Shown here: positions 24,443 to 32,000 of the stretch, piece by piece
Layout: each line of letters starts with the position of its first letter
Numbering within the stretch: position 1 is the first letter of the stretch
Translations under genes and position numbers: made by a program
Source of the DNA: Kiritimatiella glycovorans
GTDB lineage: Bacteria; Verrucomicrobiota; Kiritimatiellia; Kiritimatiellales; Kiritimatiellaceae
Direction of reading: 5' to 3'
Length of the DNA stretch: 32,000 bases
NCBI RefSeq assembly: GCF_001017655.1
Contig: NZ_CP010904.1
Location: 2,820,001 to 2,852,000 of the forward strand
Notes under the pieces: model-generated
Database searches by the model: none
The model's input: the letters and a program-made list of their open reading frames with translations, nothing else
Told to the model about the DNA's origin: nothing

Positions 24443-24807
24443 AAATAAAAAATTTTTGGGAAAAAATTTTTGGGACACTCCCCGCTCCCCTGCGGCTCGA
24501 CCGCGGCCCGCACCTGCGCCCTACTTTTCGCGCCTCGATCGGTCTCCCAGTAGAGGTAGTGGCGGAACCAGGCTTCCTCCTGTTCGTTGCCCGCCTGGGA
24601 AAAGAGATCCAGTCCCGACAGGGTCGGGAGCGACCGCTTATCTTCGCTCATCGACGCTTATGCCAGAACATCGCAATCTGATTCAATGGTTGGCACAACC
24701 GAGGCGATCCGTATGTTTTTAACCCAACCCAATAACACACGCGTTCATGCGAAACCTCCGTTCCAGTTTTGTCTTTAAGGACACTCTCCGGGCCGAGTTT
24801 TCCTCTT

Positions 24808-27495
24808 TTACCGTGCCGTCAACGACGCATCCGGATCCGAGTGCCAGGCCTTCAGGTCGCTTATTGCGCGCTCCCCGCCACTCCCGACAAAGCCGATTTT
24901 CCCGGTGAGTCGGTTTGGGCCGGAGAAGTTTATCAACCCAACCTGGTAATCGTTCACATAGAATTCACCCATCTCACCCCGGATGATCAGCCGGAAATCC
25001 GCTTCGTCCCCGAAGTGGATGTCGAGATTGCGATGCATTCCGTAGCGGAAAGGCGAGCCGTCTTTGTCGAGCGGACCGAACATGACCGTCGAGTCCGGCC
25101 CGATCAGAATGGCATAATCCTTGTCGCCCTCGCGCTCGAGCACCAATCCGGCCAGCGTGCTGTCTTCGCGCCCGGCGGTTAGGAAGGGCACCTCGAAAAT
25201 ACCGATATCCGTGATCCCGATCTGGCTAAACACGTGGGGCTTGGCCTCGGCCTTCGAGGGGGCGCGATTCGTAATGCGCACATAGCGAGCCCGCACGTCG
25301 AGAGGTTCATAATAATGGCTGAATCGGGCCGCTAGTCCATTAAGATCAAAGGTTTCCGGTTCGTAGTCCTCGCTGGGCGGCGCCGGGTGCCACGTTTTGC
25401 CGTCTGCGGAGAGTTCGACGCTTTCGACCGTCCGGCTGTCGATACGGATGCGACCGATCGAGCGAACGGCACCGAGGTCCAGATGCAACTCGGCCGTCTC
25501 GCCCAGAGCGACGTCCGGTTGCCAGTGCGTGGCCGGGTCGCCGTCGACGGCATTTCGCGCCTCGAAGCCGCCCGCCTTGTTGATGTCCTCCACCCCCGGC
25601 GTTCCGGTAACCGCCGCGTCCCGTGCGAGATTCCTCGGCGCCGCCGTTTTCTTCGCGAGGCGGAGCTTGCCTTCGATCACCGTGCCCTTGGAAAAGTCGA
25701 TGGTTTCCGGCGAATCGAATCGCCGGTATCCGCCGCCGCCGTTCGTTTCTTCGGGTGCCGAAAGTGCAATCTCGTGAACCTTCAGCTTGTCGTTGGCCTC
25801 CCACCACTTGAGCCAGAGGCTCTGATCCTCACGCACCACCTTTTTCAACAAGGGGAAGTGGTAATAGCGCGGCCCGTCGCGACGCACCCAGAACATCTCC
25901 GAGCCGAAGACACCGCCCGGCAAACGATAGTAGCGGGTGTAAACATGCGGCACCTCCATGCGGTAGTGATTCCTGGGCGTGAACTCATAGGGACCTTCGG
26001 GCCGTTGCGAGGAAACGATGAACTCCTGGCGGCTCAAGTGGTTGTTGTACGCGGTGTACAGCAGGTAGTAGCGGTCGCCGAATTGGAAGAACCCGCCCAC
26101 TTCCCCGCCACTTCCCTGGTGCTCTGCCGGCACCTTCATCCTTACCGGCGGCAGCACGTCCCAGCGAATGCCGTCGCGCGTCGTTCCGGATCCGAACCCG
26201 CTGCCTTCCTTCGGCACGGCATCCCAGATCCCGTAATGTGTACCGTCACCCATGGGGCAGGCGTCGATCATATCCCAGCGACCTTTGGTATTATACCAAC
26301 GCGGATCAGGCAGGAAGGTCGACTCGGGGCCTAACTTCTTCCAGTTGCGTCCGTCCTCCGACACCGCAAACCGCATCCGGAAGCTGGGGTAATCCGGCTT
26401 CTTCCGGAACGAATAATTCATCACCCAGGGCCCGTCCTCCTGGAAACGGTGCACACCCATGACCTGGATATCATCAACGTCTTCGTCTTTCTCGAAGATG
26501 AACCCGTGATCTTTCCAGTAGACCCCGTCCTGCGAGGTCGCCATCCCGTAGGGCAGCGGCGTCGGGAAGTAATCGTAGATCATGTAATACGTCCCATTGT
26601 CGTAATAGATGGTCGGTTCGCCCCAGGCTTTCGTCGGCTCGGAGATGGGGCTGAAGAACACATCCTGTGCCGCCTGCGGGCCGTCTGCCCGGATCACGCC
26701 GGCCTCGAGCAGACTGGCGTACGAGGCTTCTCGACGCTCCGCCCGCAGCCGTGCGGCCGCTTCTTCGCCACCCCTCAAGGCGACGGCGTCGTGGAGCGGT
26801 TCCGGAATGACTTCGATTCGGAGATTGTCGAAGGTGGCAGTGGTATTGCTGTTAACCGAATTGAACTGGAAAGTGCGGTCGGTGCCCGTGAGGTTCGAAA
26901 TCGTGATTGGAGTAGCGTTCAGAGCACTGCCGTTCTGGAAGAACTGCACGGTGGGATTCGCTCCGGTTTCGTCGATCTTAATTTCCCATGTGTTCACTCC
27001 GCTCACCGTCGTACTGAAATCGGTGCCCGAACCGTCCGCAAAATAAAACGATTTCGCCCCATTTCTTCGGATGAGCAAGCCGGCATCTGCGATGTTGGCA
27101 CCAACAGCCTCGTTCCCGAACCCAAATCCGATCCAGTCCCCGCTTGAACCAGAGGTATTGCTGAGTTCAAACGAAATGGTGTAGATTTCGCCGACAAGCT
27201 CCGCTCCGAGATCAACGGCAAGCGTATCCGAAGTGTCGGGTGTAAACGAACCTGCTCCGGCGATCACAACATTCGAACCGTTGAGCGAGATTGCCGCGCC
27301 GCCCGCCGCGGTATAGGCGTAGGGATCGTTCGGGAGGGTTGTATTGGCCTGGCGCGCGGCTATATCGTTATTGAATCCGCCTGAGTTTACAGCCGTGGCG
27401 TTGAAGGTGTCCTCAAAGACCAGCTGGCCCGATGCGGAGGAGGCGAGGAACGACGCCAGGGCGAGAGAGAGAGAAAACTTGGATGTCTTTTTCAT
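24808..27495 (-). CDS. Secreted multidomain protein: lectin-like module ending in IPEP, beta-propeller glycoside-hydrolase-like domain, F5/8-type-C (discoidin) domain and a LamG/DUF1080-like domain
   Basis: 895-aa ORF with signal peptide MKKTSKFSLSLALASFLASSASG. The N-module (aa ~24-233) ends FDNLRIEVIPEP. The propeller-like region reads TIYYDNGTYYMIYD...SEDGRNWKK...TRDGIRWDV. The discoidin-like region reads ARNAVDGDPATHWQP. The C-terminus reads GKIGFVGSGGERAISDLKAW. Domain names were assigned by eye. Confidence 0.85.
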   Translation of the reverse strand: MKKTSKFSLSLALASFLASSASGQLVFEDTFNATAVNSGGFNNDIAARQANTTLPNDPYAYTAAGGAAISLNGSNVVIAGAGSFTPDTSDTLAVDLGAELVGEIYTISFELSNTSGSSGDWIGFGFGNEAVGANIADAGLLIRRNGAKSFYFADGSGTDFSTTVSGVNTWEIKIDETGANPTVQFFQNGSALNATPITISNLTGTDRTFQFNSVNSNTTATFDNLRIEVIPEPLHDAVALRGGEEAAARLRAERREASYASLLEAGVIRADGPQAAQDVFFSPISEPTKAWGEPTIYYDNGTYYMIYDYFPTPLPYGMATSQDGVYWKDHGFIFEKDEDVDDIQVMGVHRFQEDGPWVMNYSFRKKPDYPSFRMRFAVSEDGRNWKKLGPESTFLPDPRWYNTKGRWDMIDACPMGDGTHYGIWDAVPKEGSGFGSGTTRDGIRWDVLPPVRMKVPAEHQGSGGEVGGFFQFGDRYYLLYTAYNNHLSRQEFIVSSQRPEGPYEFTPRNHYRMEVPHVYTRYYRLPGGVFGSEMFWVRRDGPRYYHFPLLKKVVREDQSLWLKWWEANDKLKVHEIALSAPEETNGGGGYRRFDSPETIDFSKGTVIEGKLRLAKKTAAPRNLARDAAVTGTPGVEDINKAGGFEARNAVDGDPATHWQPDVALGETAELHLDLGAVRSIGRIRIDSRTVESVELSADGKTWHPAPPSEDYEPETFDLNGLAARFSHYYEPLDVRARYVRITNRAPSKAEAKPHVFSQIGITDIGIFEVPFLTAGREDSTLAGLVLEREGDKDYAILIGPDSTVMFGPLDKDGSPFRYGMHRNLDIHFGDEADFRLIIRGEMGEFYVNDYQVGLINFSGPNRLTGKIGFVGSGGERAISDLKAWHSDPDASLTAR

Positions 27496-27546
27496 GATTT
27501 TGTAGGGTTGCTGACTGGATTGACAATTGAAACGCCCACGATCAAA

Positions 27547-27576
27547 TGGATCAGAACCATTCGAAGTAAACCAGAA
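27547..27576 (-). promoter_or_regulatory. Conserved promoter-like box (copy 3 of 3)
   Basis: The minus strand reads TTCTGGTTTACTTCGAATGGTTCTGATCCA. TTTACT (27565..27570) is 75 nt upstream of ATG 27495. Confidence 0.4.
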
Positions 27577-27861
27577 AATAAAAAAATTTTTTGGACACTC
27601 CCCGCTCCCCTGCGGCTCGACCGCTCCGAGCCGCTACTCCGTCTCGTCCTCGTCGACTTCGGCGGAGACGACCCCGCCTGCGGCGACATCCGCTTCGGTA
27701 AACGCGGCCATCAGAATTTCTTTCGCCCCGTTTTCTCATCCCAGGTTCCGGTTCGGTCGGAATGACCCACGTCCCGTCGGAGGACCTCGCCGAGAGGAGG
27801 AGAGTCGAGAGGATAAAGGCGGACAAGGTGGATTTCATGTCGAGGGGAACATGTTTGGGAT

Positions 27862-28800
27862 TTATCCCGAAATCCCCAACCTTCTTACTCTTTCCAACAG
27901 GATATCACGGTATCCAGCCTTACGCTCTTCTGATAGGAAGCTTCGCCCAATCAAGCCGTCAAATGCAGGCATAGCCTCCTGAAAGTCTTGGAGAATTTTA
28001 TCAACCTGCACTTCCGATAGCTTCAAACGATCACGGCAAAAGTAATCCAACCATAACTTTTTGGTGAGCTTCTTCTTTTTACCATGCAAAGGCAACGCAC
28101 TCTCTTCCTTGGCATTCTCCAAAACCAGAGTCGAATTCAAGAGGTCATACGCAGGCGTTAAAGAGACCACTCCGTCCTGCACCCAAATCGAGAAATTTTT
28201 CAGGTGCATATCTTCATTGCCAGTCAGGAAGCAGAACAACAGACGCTTGGCCAACTTGGGCTTTTCTATCGCCGGAAAGGTGCAAAATTGTTCGACCAAC
28301 TGAGCGACACGCTCCAAAGAGCTGTCATACTTTGTTTCACGGGTTGACGCTGAAAGTTGCGCAAAGTCCTCCACGTGCACTTTCTTTGAACGCCCCTCAC
28401 GGTCATAGCGCTTCACAAAATAAACCCAGCTATCATCCTGAGCACACAATAAGCCATGCACAGGCACATGAATACCCGCAGCCGCAGCCATACTCATCGT
28501 CAGCGCCTCATTGGCGGGTACTTCTTCGCATGCCAATGGGTTGGGTTTCAAAATAAATCTCCCTCCTCGGTTCACCAATGCGAAGGAAGCATCTTTTAAT
28601 TTTAAAACAGCCGATAGCTTGGGCTGCACACCTTGAATAGACATCTTACCGGAGCGGCGACGCACTTCACGAAGTTGTTCTTCATACGAATACTCGAAAG
28701 GCTTCAAATGCTTCAGCTTCGGGTGTATGCTCTTCAGGCCAGTTTCCGAATATTTGCATCCCTCAGGCAATGACTCTAAATTGATCGGACAATGCGACAT
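27862..28800 (-). CDS. hipT: HipT-like Ser/Thr kinase toxin (HipA C-terminal kinase core lacking N-subdomain 1)
   Basis: 312-aa ORF with a Gly-rich loop MSIQGVQPKL, FILKPNP, and the catalytic motif LTGNEDMHLKNFS (GNxDxHxKN). An RBS-like AAGGAAGG lies upstream of the ATG, which is 2 nt after the hipS stop. Confidence 0.85.
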   Translation of the reverse strand: MSHCPINLESLPEGCKYSETGLKSIHPKLKHLKPFEYSYEEQLREVRRRSGKMSIQGVQPKLSAVLKLKDASFALVNRGGRFILKPNPLACEEVPANEALTMSMAAAAGIHVPVHGLLCAQDDSWVYFVKRYDREGRSKKVHVEDFAQLSASTRETKYDSSLERVAQLVEQFCTFPAIEKPKLAKRLLFCFLTGNEDMHLKNFSIWVQDGVVSLTPAYDLLNSTLVLENAKEESALPLHGKKKKLTKKLWLDYFCRDRLKLSEVQVDKILQDFQEAMPAFDGLIGRSFLSEERKAGYRDILLERVRRLGISG

Positions 28801-28802
28801 GC

Positions 28803-29165
28803 CTAGCCTTCCTTTTCCTCAGCAATAGCATCCTTTGGGATACACACTGAAAGCGAACCGACTAAATCGCCTCCGACAGTCACCAACTGCTTAAAATAGT
28901 CATTTCGATCAATCTTGCGTGTCTTCAAGAGCGCTTCCAATTGCGCCCCTTCAGGCAGCAATCCATCAAAAACGGCAGGAAACTCCTTGAATGTATAAGG
29001 CTCCCCACGAACGGGAAGTGTCAGTGAAATAGGCGCACCTCCATAGCCATCTATATACTCGAAAACCCAAAGACCACCTTGCTCCTGCTCCAATAAATTT
29101 CCGGCAAGCCGTCCTGACTGGAAGACCTCCGCTCTTCGAAGAACTTTTTTGTCGCCGTCCGTCAT
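28803..29165 (-). CDS. hipS: HipS-like protein (stand-alone HipA N-terminal subdomain)
   Basis: ORF 28803..29192, with the start set at ATG 29165, preceded by GGGAGGT and a 6-nt spacer. This ATG overlaps the hipB stop as ATGA. The sequence VFQSGRLAGNLLEQEQGGLWVFEYIDGY...PISLTLPV...FDGLLPEG matches the HipA N-terminal coupling-domain pattern. The protein is 120 aa. Confidence 0.8.
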   Translation of the reverse strand: MTDGDKKVLRRAEVFQSGRLAGNLLEQEQGGLWVFEYIDGYGGAPISLTLPVRGEPYTFKEFPAVFDGLLPEGAQLEALLKTRKIDRNDYFKQLVTVGGDLVGSLSVCIPKDAIAEEKEG

Positions 29166-29401
29166 TGAGATACCTCCCAAGACCGTTTCCACTCCTCGAC
29201 CAATGGCCCGACTGGCTGCAACTCAAGATTCAAAACAACCAGTATGGATTCAACGTGCTCCCACACCGTTCTCCCCTTTCCAGCTTCCAGATCCTGGACG
29301 ACAGATCGACTGACACCAGCCAGTTCGGCCAGTCCGACTTGTGTCAAACCAGCCTTCTTTCGGTGAAAGACAATTAAATTGCCTAGTTGTTCACTACGCA
29401 T
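29162..29401 (-). CDS. hipB: HipB-like XRE-family HTH protein
   Basis: 79-aa ORF. RKKAGLTQVGLAELAGVSRSVVQDLEAGKG is a Cro/C1-type HTH. It is the first gene of a tightly packed three-gene operon. Confidence 0.85.
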   Translation of the reverse strand: MRSEQLGNLIVFHRKKAGLTQVGLAELAGVSRSVVQDLEAGKGRTVWEHVESILVVLNLELQPVGPLVEEWKRSWEVSQ

Positions 29402-29542
29402 GTTATATCAGGCCAAATTCTCGATTTCATAGAACTTTCTCACAAAATGAACCGAAAATCAACAAAATTGCATGACATAAAAGGCGTTTTTACGCACTTA
29501 CTGCCACGGTCATCAGATTTCCACGATTCGGCCAGCATTACA

Positions 29543-29556
29543 CCTGATATATCAGG
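29543..29556. promoter_or_regulatory. Candidate HipB operator: perfect 14-bp palindrome CCTGATATATCAGG
   Basis: This is a perfect palindrome in the AT-rich region upstream of hipB. A related half-site, TTATATCAGG, lies at 29403..29412, immediately adjacent to the hipB ATG. Confidence 0.5.
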
Positions 29557-29603
29557 CATAAAACTTTAATAAAGGGCACTTCTGAAAATAGAGTTATCGA
29601 TGA

Positions 29604-29940
29604 AATGTGTACCGTCACCCATGGGGCAGGCGCCGATCGCATCCCAGCGACCTTTGGTCTTATACCAACGCGGATCAGGCAGGGAGGTCGACTCGGGGCC
29701 TAACTTCTTCCAGTTGCGTCCGTCCTCCGACACCGCAAACCGCATCCGAAACTGGGGTAATCCGGCTTCTTCCGGAACGAATCATTCATCACCCAGGGCC
29801 CGTCCTCCTGGAAACGGTGCACACCCATGGCCTGGATATCCGCAACGTCTTCGTCTTTCTCGAAGATGAACCCGTGATCTTTCCAGTAGACCCCGTCCTG
29901 CGAGGTCGCCTTCCCTCAAGGCGACGGCGTCGTGGAGCGG
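29604..29940 (-). pseudogene. Decayed remainder of a paralog of gene 24808..27495 (propeller N-terminal part)
   Basis: This is homologous to 26233..26796 but carries a ~227-bp out-of-frame internal deletion, corresponding to ~26543..26769. It also has a 1-nt deletion (agtttcggatg versus agcttccggatg). Homology ends abruptly at 29604, where the hip island begins. Confidence 0.8.
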
Positions 29941-32000
29941 TTACGGAATGACTTCGATTCGGAGATTGTCGAAGGTGCCAGTGGTATTGCTGTTAGACGA
30001 ATTGAACTGGAAAGTGCGGTCGGTGCCCGTGAGGTTCGTAATCGTGATTGGAGTAGCGTTCAGAGCGCTGCCGTTCTGGAAGAACTGCACGGTGGGACTC
30101 GCTCCGGTTTCGTCGACCGTAATTTCCCAGGTGTTCACTCCGCTCACCGTCGAACTGAATTGGATGCCCGAACCGTCCGCAAAATAAAACGAATTCGACC
30201 CATTTCTTCGGATGAGCAAGCCGGCATCTGCGATGTTGGCACCAACAGCCTCGTTCCCGAACCCAAATCCGATCCAGTCCCCGCTTGAACCAGAGGTATT
30301 GCTGAGTTCAAACGAAATGGTGTAGATTTCGCCGACAAGCTCCGCTCCGAGATCAACGGCAAGCGTATCCGAAGTGTCGGGTGTAAACGAACCTGCTGCG
30401 ACGATATTTACATTCGAACCGTTGAGGGCGAGGGAACCGGTCGCATCATAGCTGTAGGGGGCGTTGGCCAGACTGCTGGCGGCTTGCCGGGTGCTGATGT
30501 CGTTGTTGAAGCCAACCGCTGCGCCGGCCGTGGCGTTGAAGGTGTCCTCAAAGACCAGCTGGCCCGATGCGGAGGAGGCGAGGAACGACGCATCCGGATC
30601 CGAATGCCAGGCCTTCAAGTCGGAGGCCCGGCACGCACCATCGATGCCGGTGAAGCCGATGCGACCGATCAATGGATTCGTGCCCGCCAGATTGAGCAAT
30701 CCGATCTGATAGTCGTTAAGATAGAATTCGCCCATGTCCTCGCGCAGGATCAGCCGGAAATCGGCTTGTTGCCCGAGATCGACTTCTATATCCCGGACAT
30801 GTTCCCGGCGAAAATGAGTTCCGTCCTTGTCGACACCGCCGAAGCGAACCGTACCATCGCGATCGACGACGATGGCGAAGTCCCGTTCGCCCTCGCGCCG
30901 TAAGACAAGCGACGGCCTATCGGAAATCGATTTGCTCGGCCGCGCATAGACACCGACATCGCTAATGCCGAAGTACCCACGCCATGTAGGATTCCCGCCA
31001 GGAAGTCCAGGCCAACTTTCGTCCTCCGCGTTCTTCTTCGTAAATCGAACAAACCGCGCATCGCGCCCGAGATTTTCCCAGTAGGCCCCTATGGAGTAGT
31101 TGCGAGCGTCAAACACTTGCGGCGGATCCGGGACGACAGTCCATTCCTTACCGTCGACCGAGGTCTCCACAAAATCAGGAGGCACGGAGGCGTGAAGCGC
31201 AATGGAGCCGATTGACTGACTTTCCCCCAAATCCAACTGAAACGACACCGCTCCGCCCACCGGCGCATGCCCGACCCAGCCTGTGGCCGGATTGCCATCG
31301 ATCGCCTTGTCCGGACTGAAGCTGTCCGCTTGATTCCATTCGGCTTCCTCGGTTGCACTGGCCGTTGCCGTCGCATCCAGAGCCAGATTCCTTTCCCCGC
31401 GGGCACCGTCCAAACGGAGTTTGCCCTCGACCACGACGGCATTTCCATAGGGAAGCGTCTCTGGAACACCATACAGCCAGGACGCTTTTCCGTCATCGAA
31501 TGGCTCTACGGCGGAAAGCCGGATGGGTTGGCTCTTCAGCCGGTCGTTCCCTTCCCAGTATTTTAGCCAGATGCTTTCGCCATCGGACTCGATCCGCTTC
31601 AATGGTGGCATATGATACGATCTGCCATTATCCCGACCAACATGAAACATCTCGGCAAAGAAGGTGCCGCCGGGCAAGTCGTAAACGCGTGGATAAAAAT
31701 ATGAATAGGTCCCCCAGGTGTGATTGCGAGGGGTGGGCCGGTAAGGCCCCTCCGGTTTCTTGGAGCTAACGATGTGAACGCGAACGCCGAGCGGCGACGC
31801 GTGGGTGTTGTCGCAATACTCGATGAAGTAGCGATCTCCCATCTTGAAAAAGCCCCCCATCTCACCCGGAATGGTGTCCTTCTTAATCCGGGGCACCTCC
31901 ACCACCTCTACCGGGGGCAGCACCTCCCATTGAATTCCGTCCCGGGTTTTGCCGAAGCCAAACCCCCACACGTCTTTGGGAACGGCAATCCATGCGCCGT
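29941..32000 (-). CDS. Chimeric ORF (5'-partial, continues beyond the window): the propeller/discoidin/LamG-like body of one paralog fused in frame to the lectin-like N-module of the next paralog
   Basis: ORF 29941..31971 is open to the window edge (...GAWIAVPKDVWGFGFGKTRDGIQWEV aligns with gene 24808..27495). At ...DLKAWHSDPDAS|FLASSASGQLVFEDTFNAT the 3' end of one gene joins the signal-peptide region of the next. The ORF ends at a TAA that replaces the Glu of IPEP. Confidence 0.8.
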   Translation of the reverse strand, partial: GAWIAVPKDVWGFGFGKTRDGIQWEVLPPVEVVEVPRIKKDTIPGEMGGFFKMGDRYFIEYCDNTHASPLGVRVHIVSSKKPEGPYRPTPRNHTWGTYSYFYPRVYDLPGGTFFAEMFHVGRDNGRSYHMPPLKRIESDGESIWLKYWEGNDRLKSQPIRLSAVEPFDDGKASWLYGVPETLPYGNAVVVEGKLRLDGARGERNLALDATATASATEEAEWNQADSFSPDKAIDGNPATGWVGHAPVGGAVSFQLDLGESQSIGSIALHASVPPDFVETSVDGKEWTVVPDPPQVFDARNYSIGAYWENLGRDARFVRFTKKNAEDESWPGLPGGNPTWRGYFGISDVGVYARPSKSISDRPSLVLRREGERDFAIVVDRDGTVRFGGVDKDGTHFRREHVRDIEVDLGQQADFRLILREDMGEFYLNDYQIGLLNLAGTNPLIGRIGFTGIDGACRASDLKAWHSDPDASFLASSASGQLVFEDTFNATAGAAVGFNNDISTRQAASSLANAPYSYDATGSLALNGSNVNIVAAGSFTPDTSDTLAVDLGAELVGEIYTISFELSNTSGSSGDWIGFGFGNEAVGANIADAGLLIRRNGSNSFYFADGSGIQFSSTVSGVNTWEITVDETGASPTVQFFQNGSALNATPITITNLTGTDRTFQFNSSNSNTTGTFDNLRIEVIP

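Noticed and set aside
24433-24651. A 72-aa ORF (MSEDKRSLPTLSGLDLFSQAGNEQEEAWFRHYLYWETDRGAK...).
   Set aside because: Only the first ~45 codons look protein-like, and I cannot assign a family. The remainder overlaps the conserved promoter region. It may be a gene remnant, but that is unsupported.
27551-27838. A 95-aa ORF starting with a signal-peptide-like MKSTLSAFILSTLLLSA, possibly a small secreted protein.
   Set aside because: After about 30 residues it becomes Arg-rich, low-complexity sequence. It also reads through the conserved promoter box of the adjacent gene. At most it is the orphaned 5' end of a lost gene.
26797-30591. A diversity-generating retroelement (TR/VR pair), suggested by two near-identical lectin-module copies with a variable segment.
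   Set aside because: There is no reverse transcriptase in the window. The substitutions between the copies are a mixture of all base changes, not adenine-specific. Ordinary paralog divergence plus gene conversion explains the pattern.

Overview
This is a mosaic accessory region, mostly high-GC. The PEP-CTERM sorting signals suggest a Verrucomicrobia/PVC-type genome, which is an inference only.

Contents:
1. Secreted glycoside-hydrolase, esterase and lectin-like genes, several in paralogous families.
2. Five insertion sequences with definable ends: two different ISL3, one IS4, one IS3 and one IS256. There are also decayed IS4, IS66 and IS91 fragments.
3. A 1.3-kb segmental duplication with 3 mismatches. 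It carries a GntR-HTH/LacI-type (AraR-like) regulator together with its promoter and a palindromic operator candidate.
4. A lower-GC three-gene hipB-hipS-hipT-like kinase toxin-antitoxin island, sitting where a decayed paralog breaks off.
5. Remnants of PIN and DUF4160 genes.

Most notable observations:
- One ~892-aa multi-hydrolase gene is cut into three pieces by two IS elements. Removing each IS plus one target-site duplication restores a single frame.
- A (GA)8/(TC)8 dinucleotide tract in a signal-peptide coding region puts a PEP-CTERM protein out of frame.
- Two tandem paralogs are fused in frame across an 8-bp microhomology.
- PEP-CTERM-like motifs recur at internal domain junctions.

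I found no rRNA, tRNA or CRISPR array. All family assignments come from reading motifs by eye; no database search was run.
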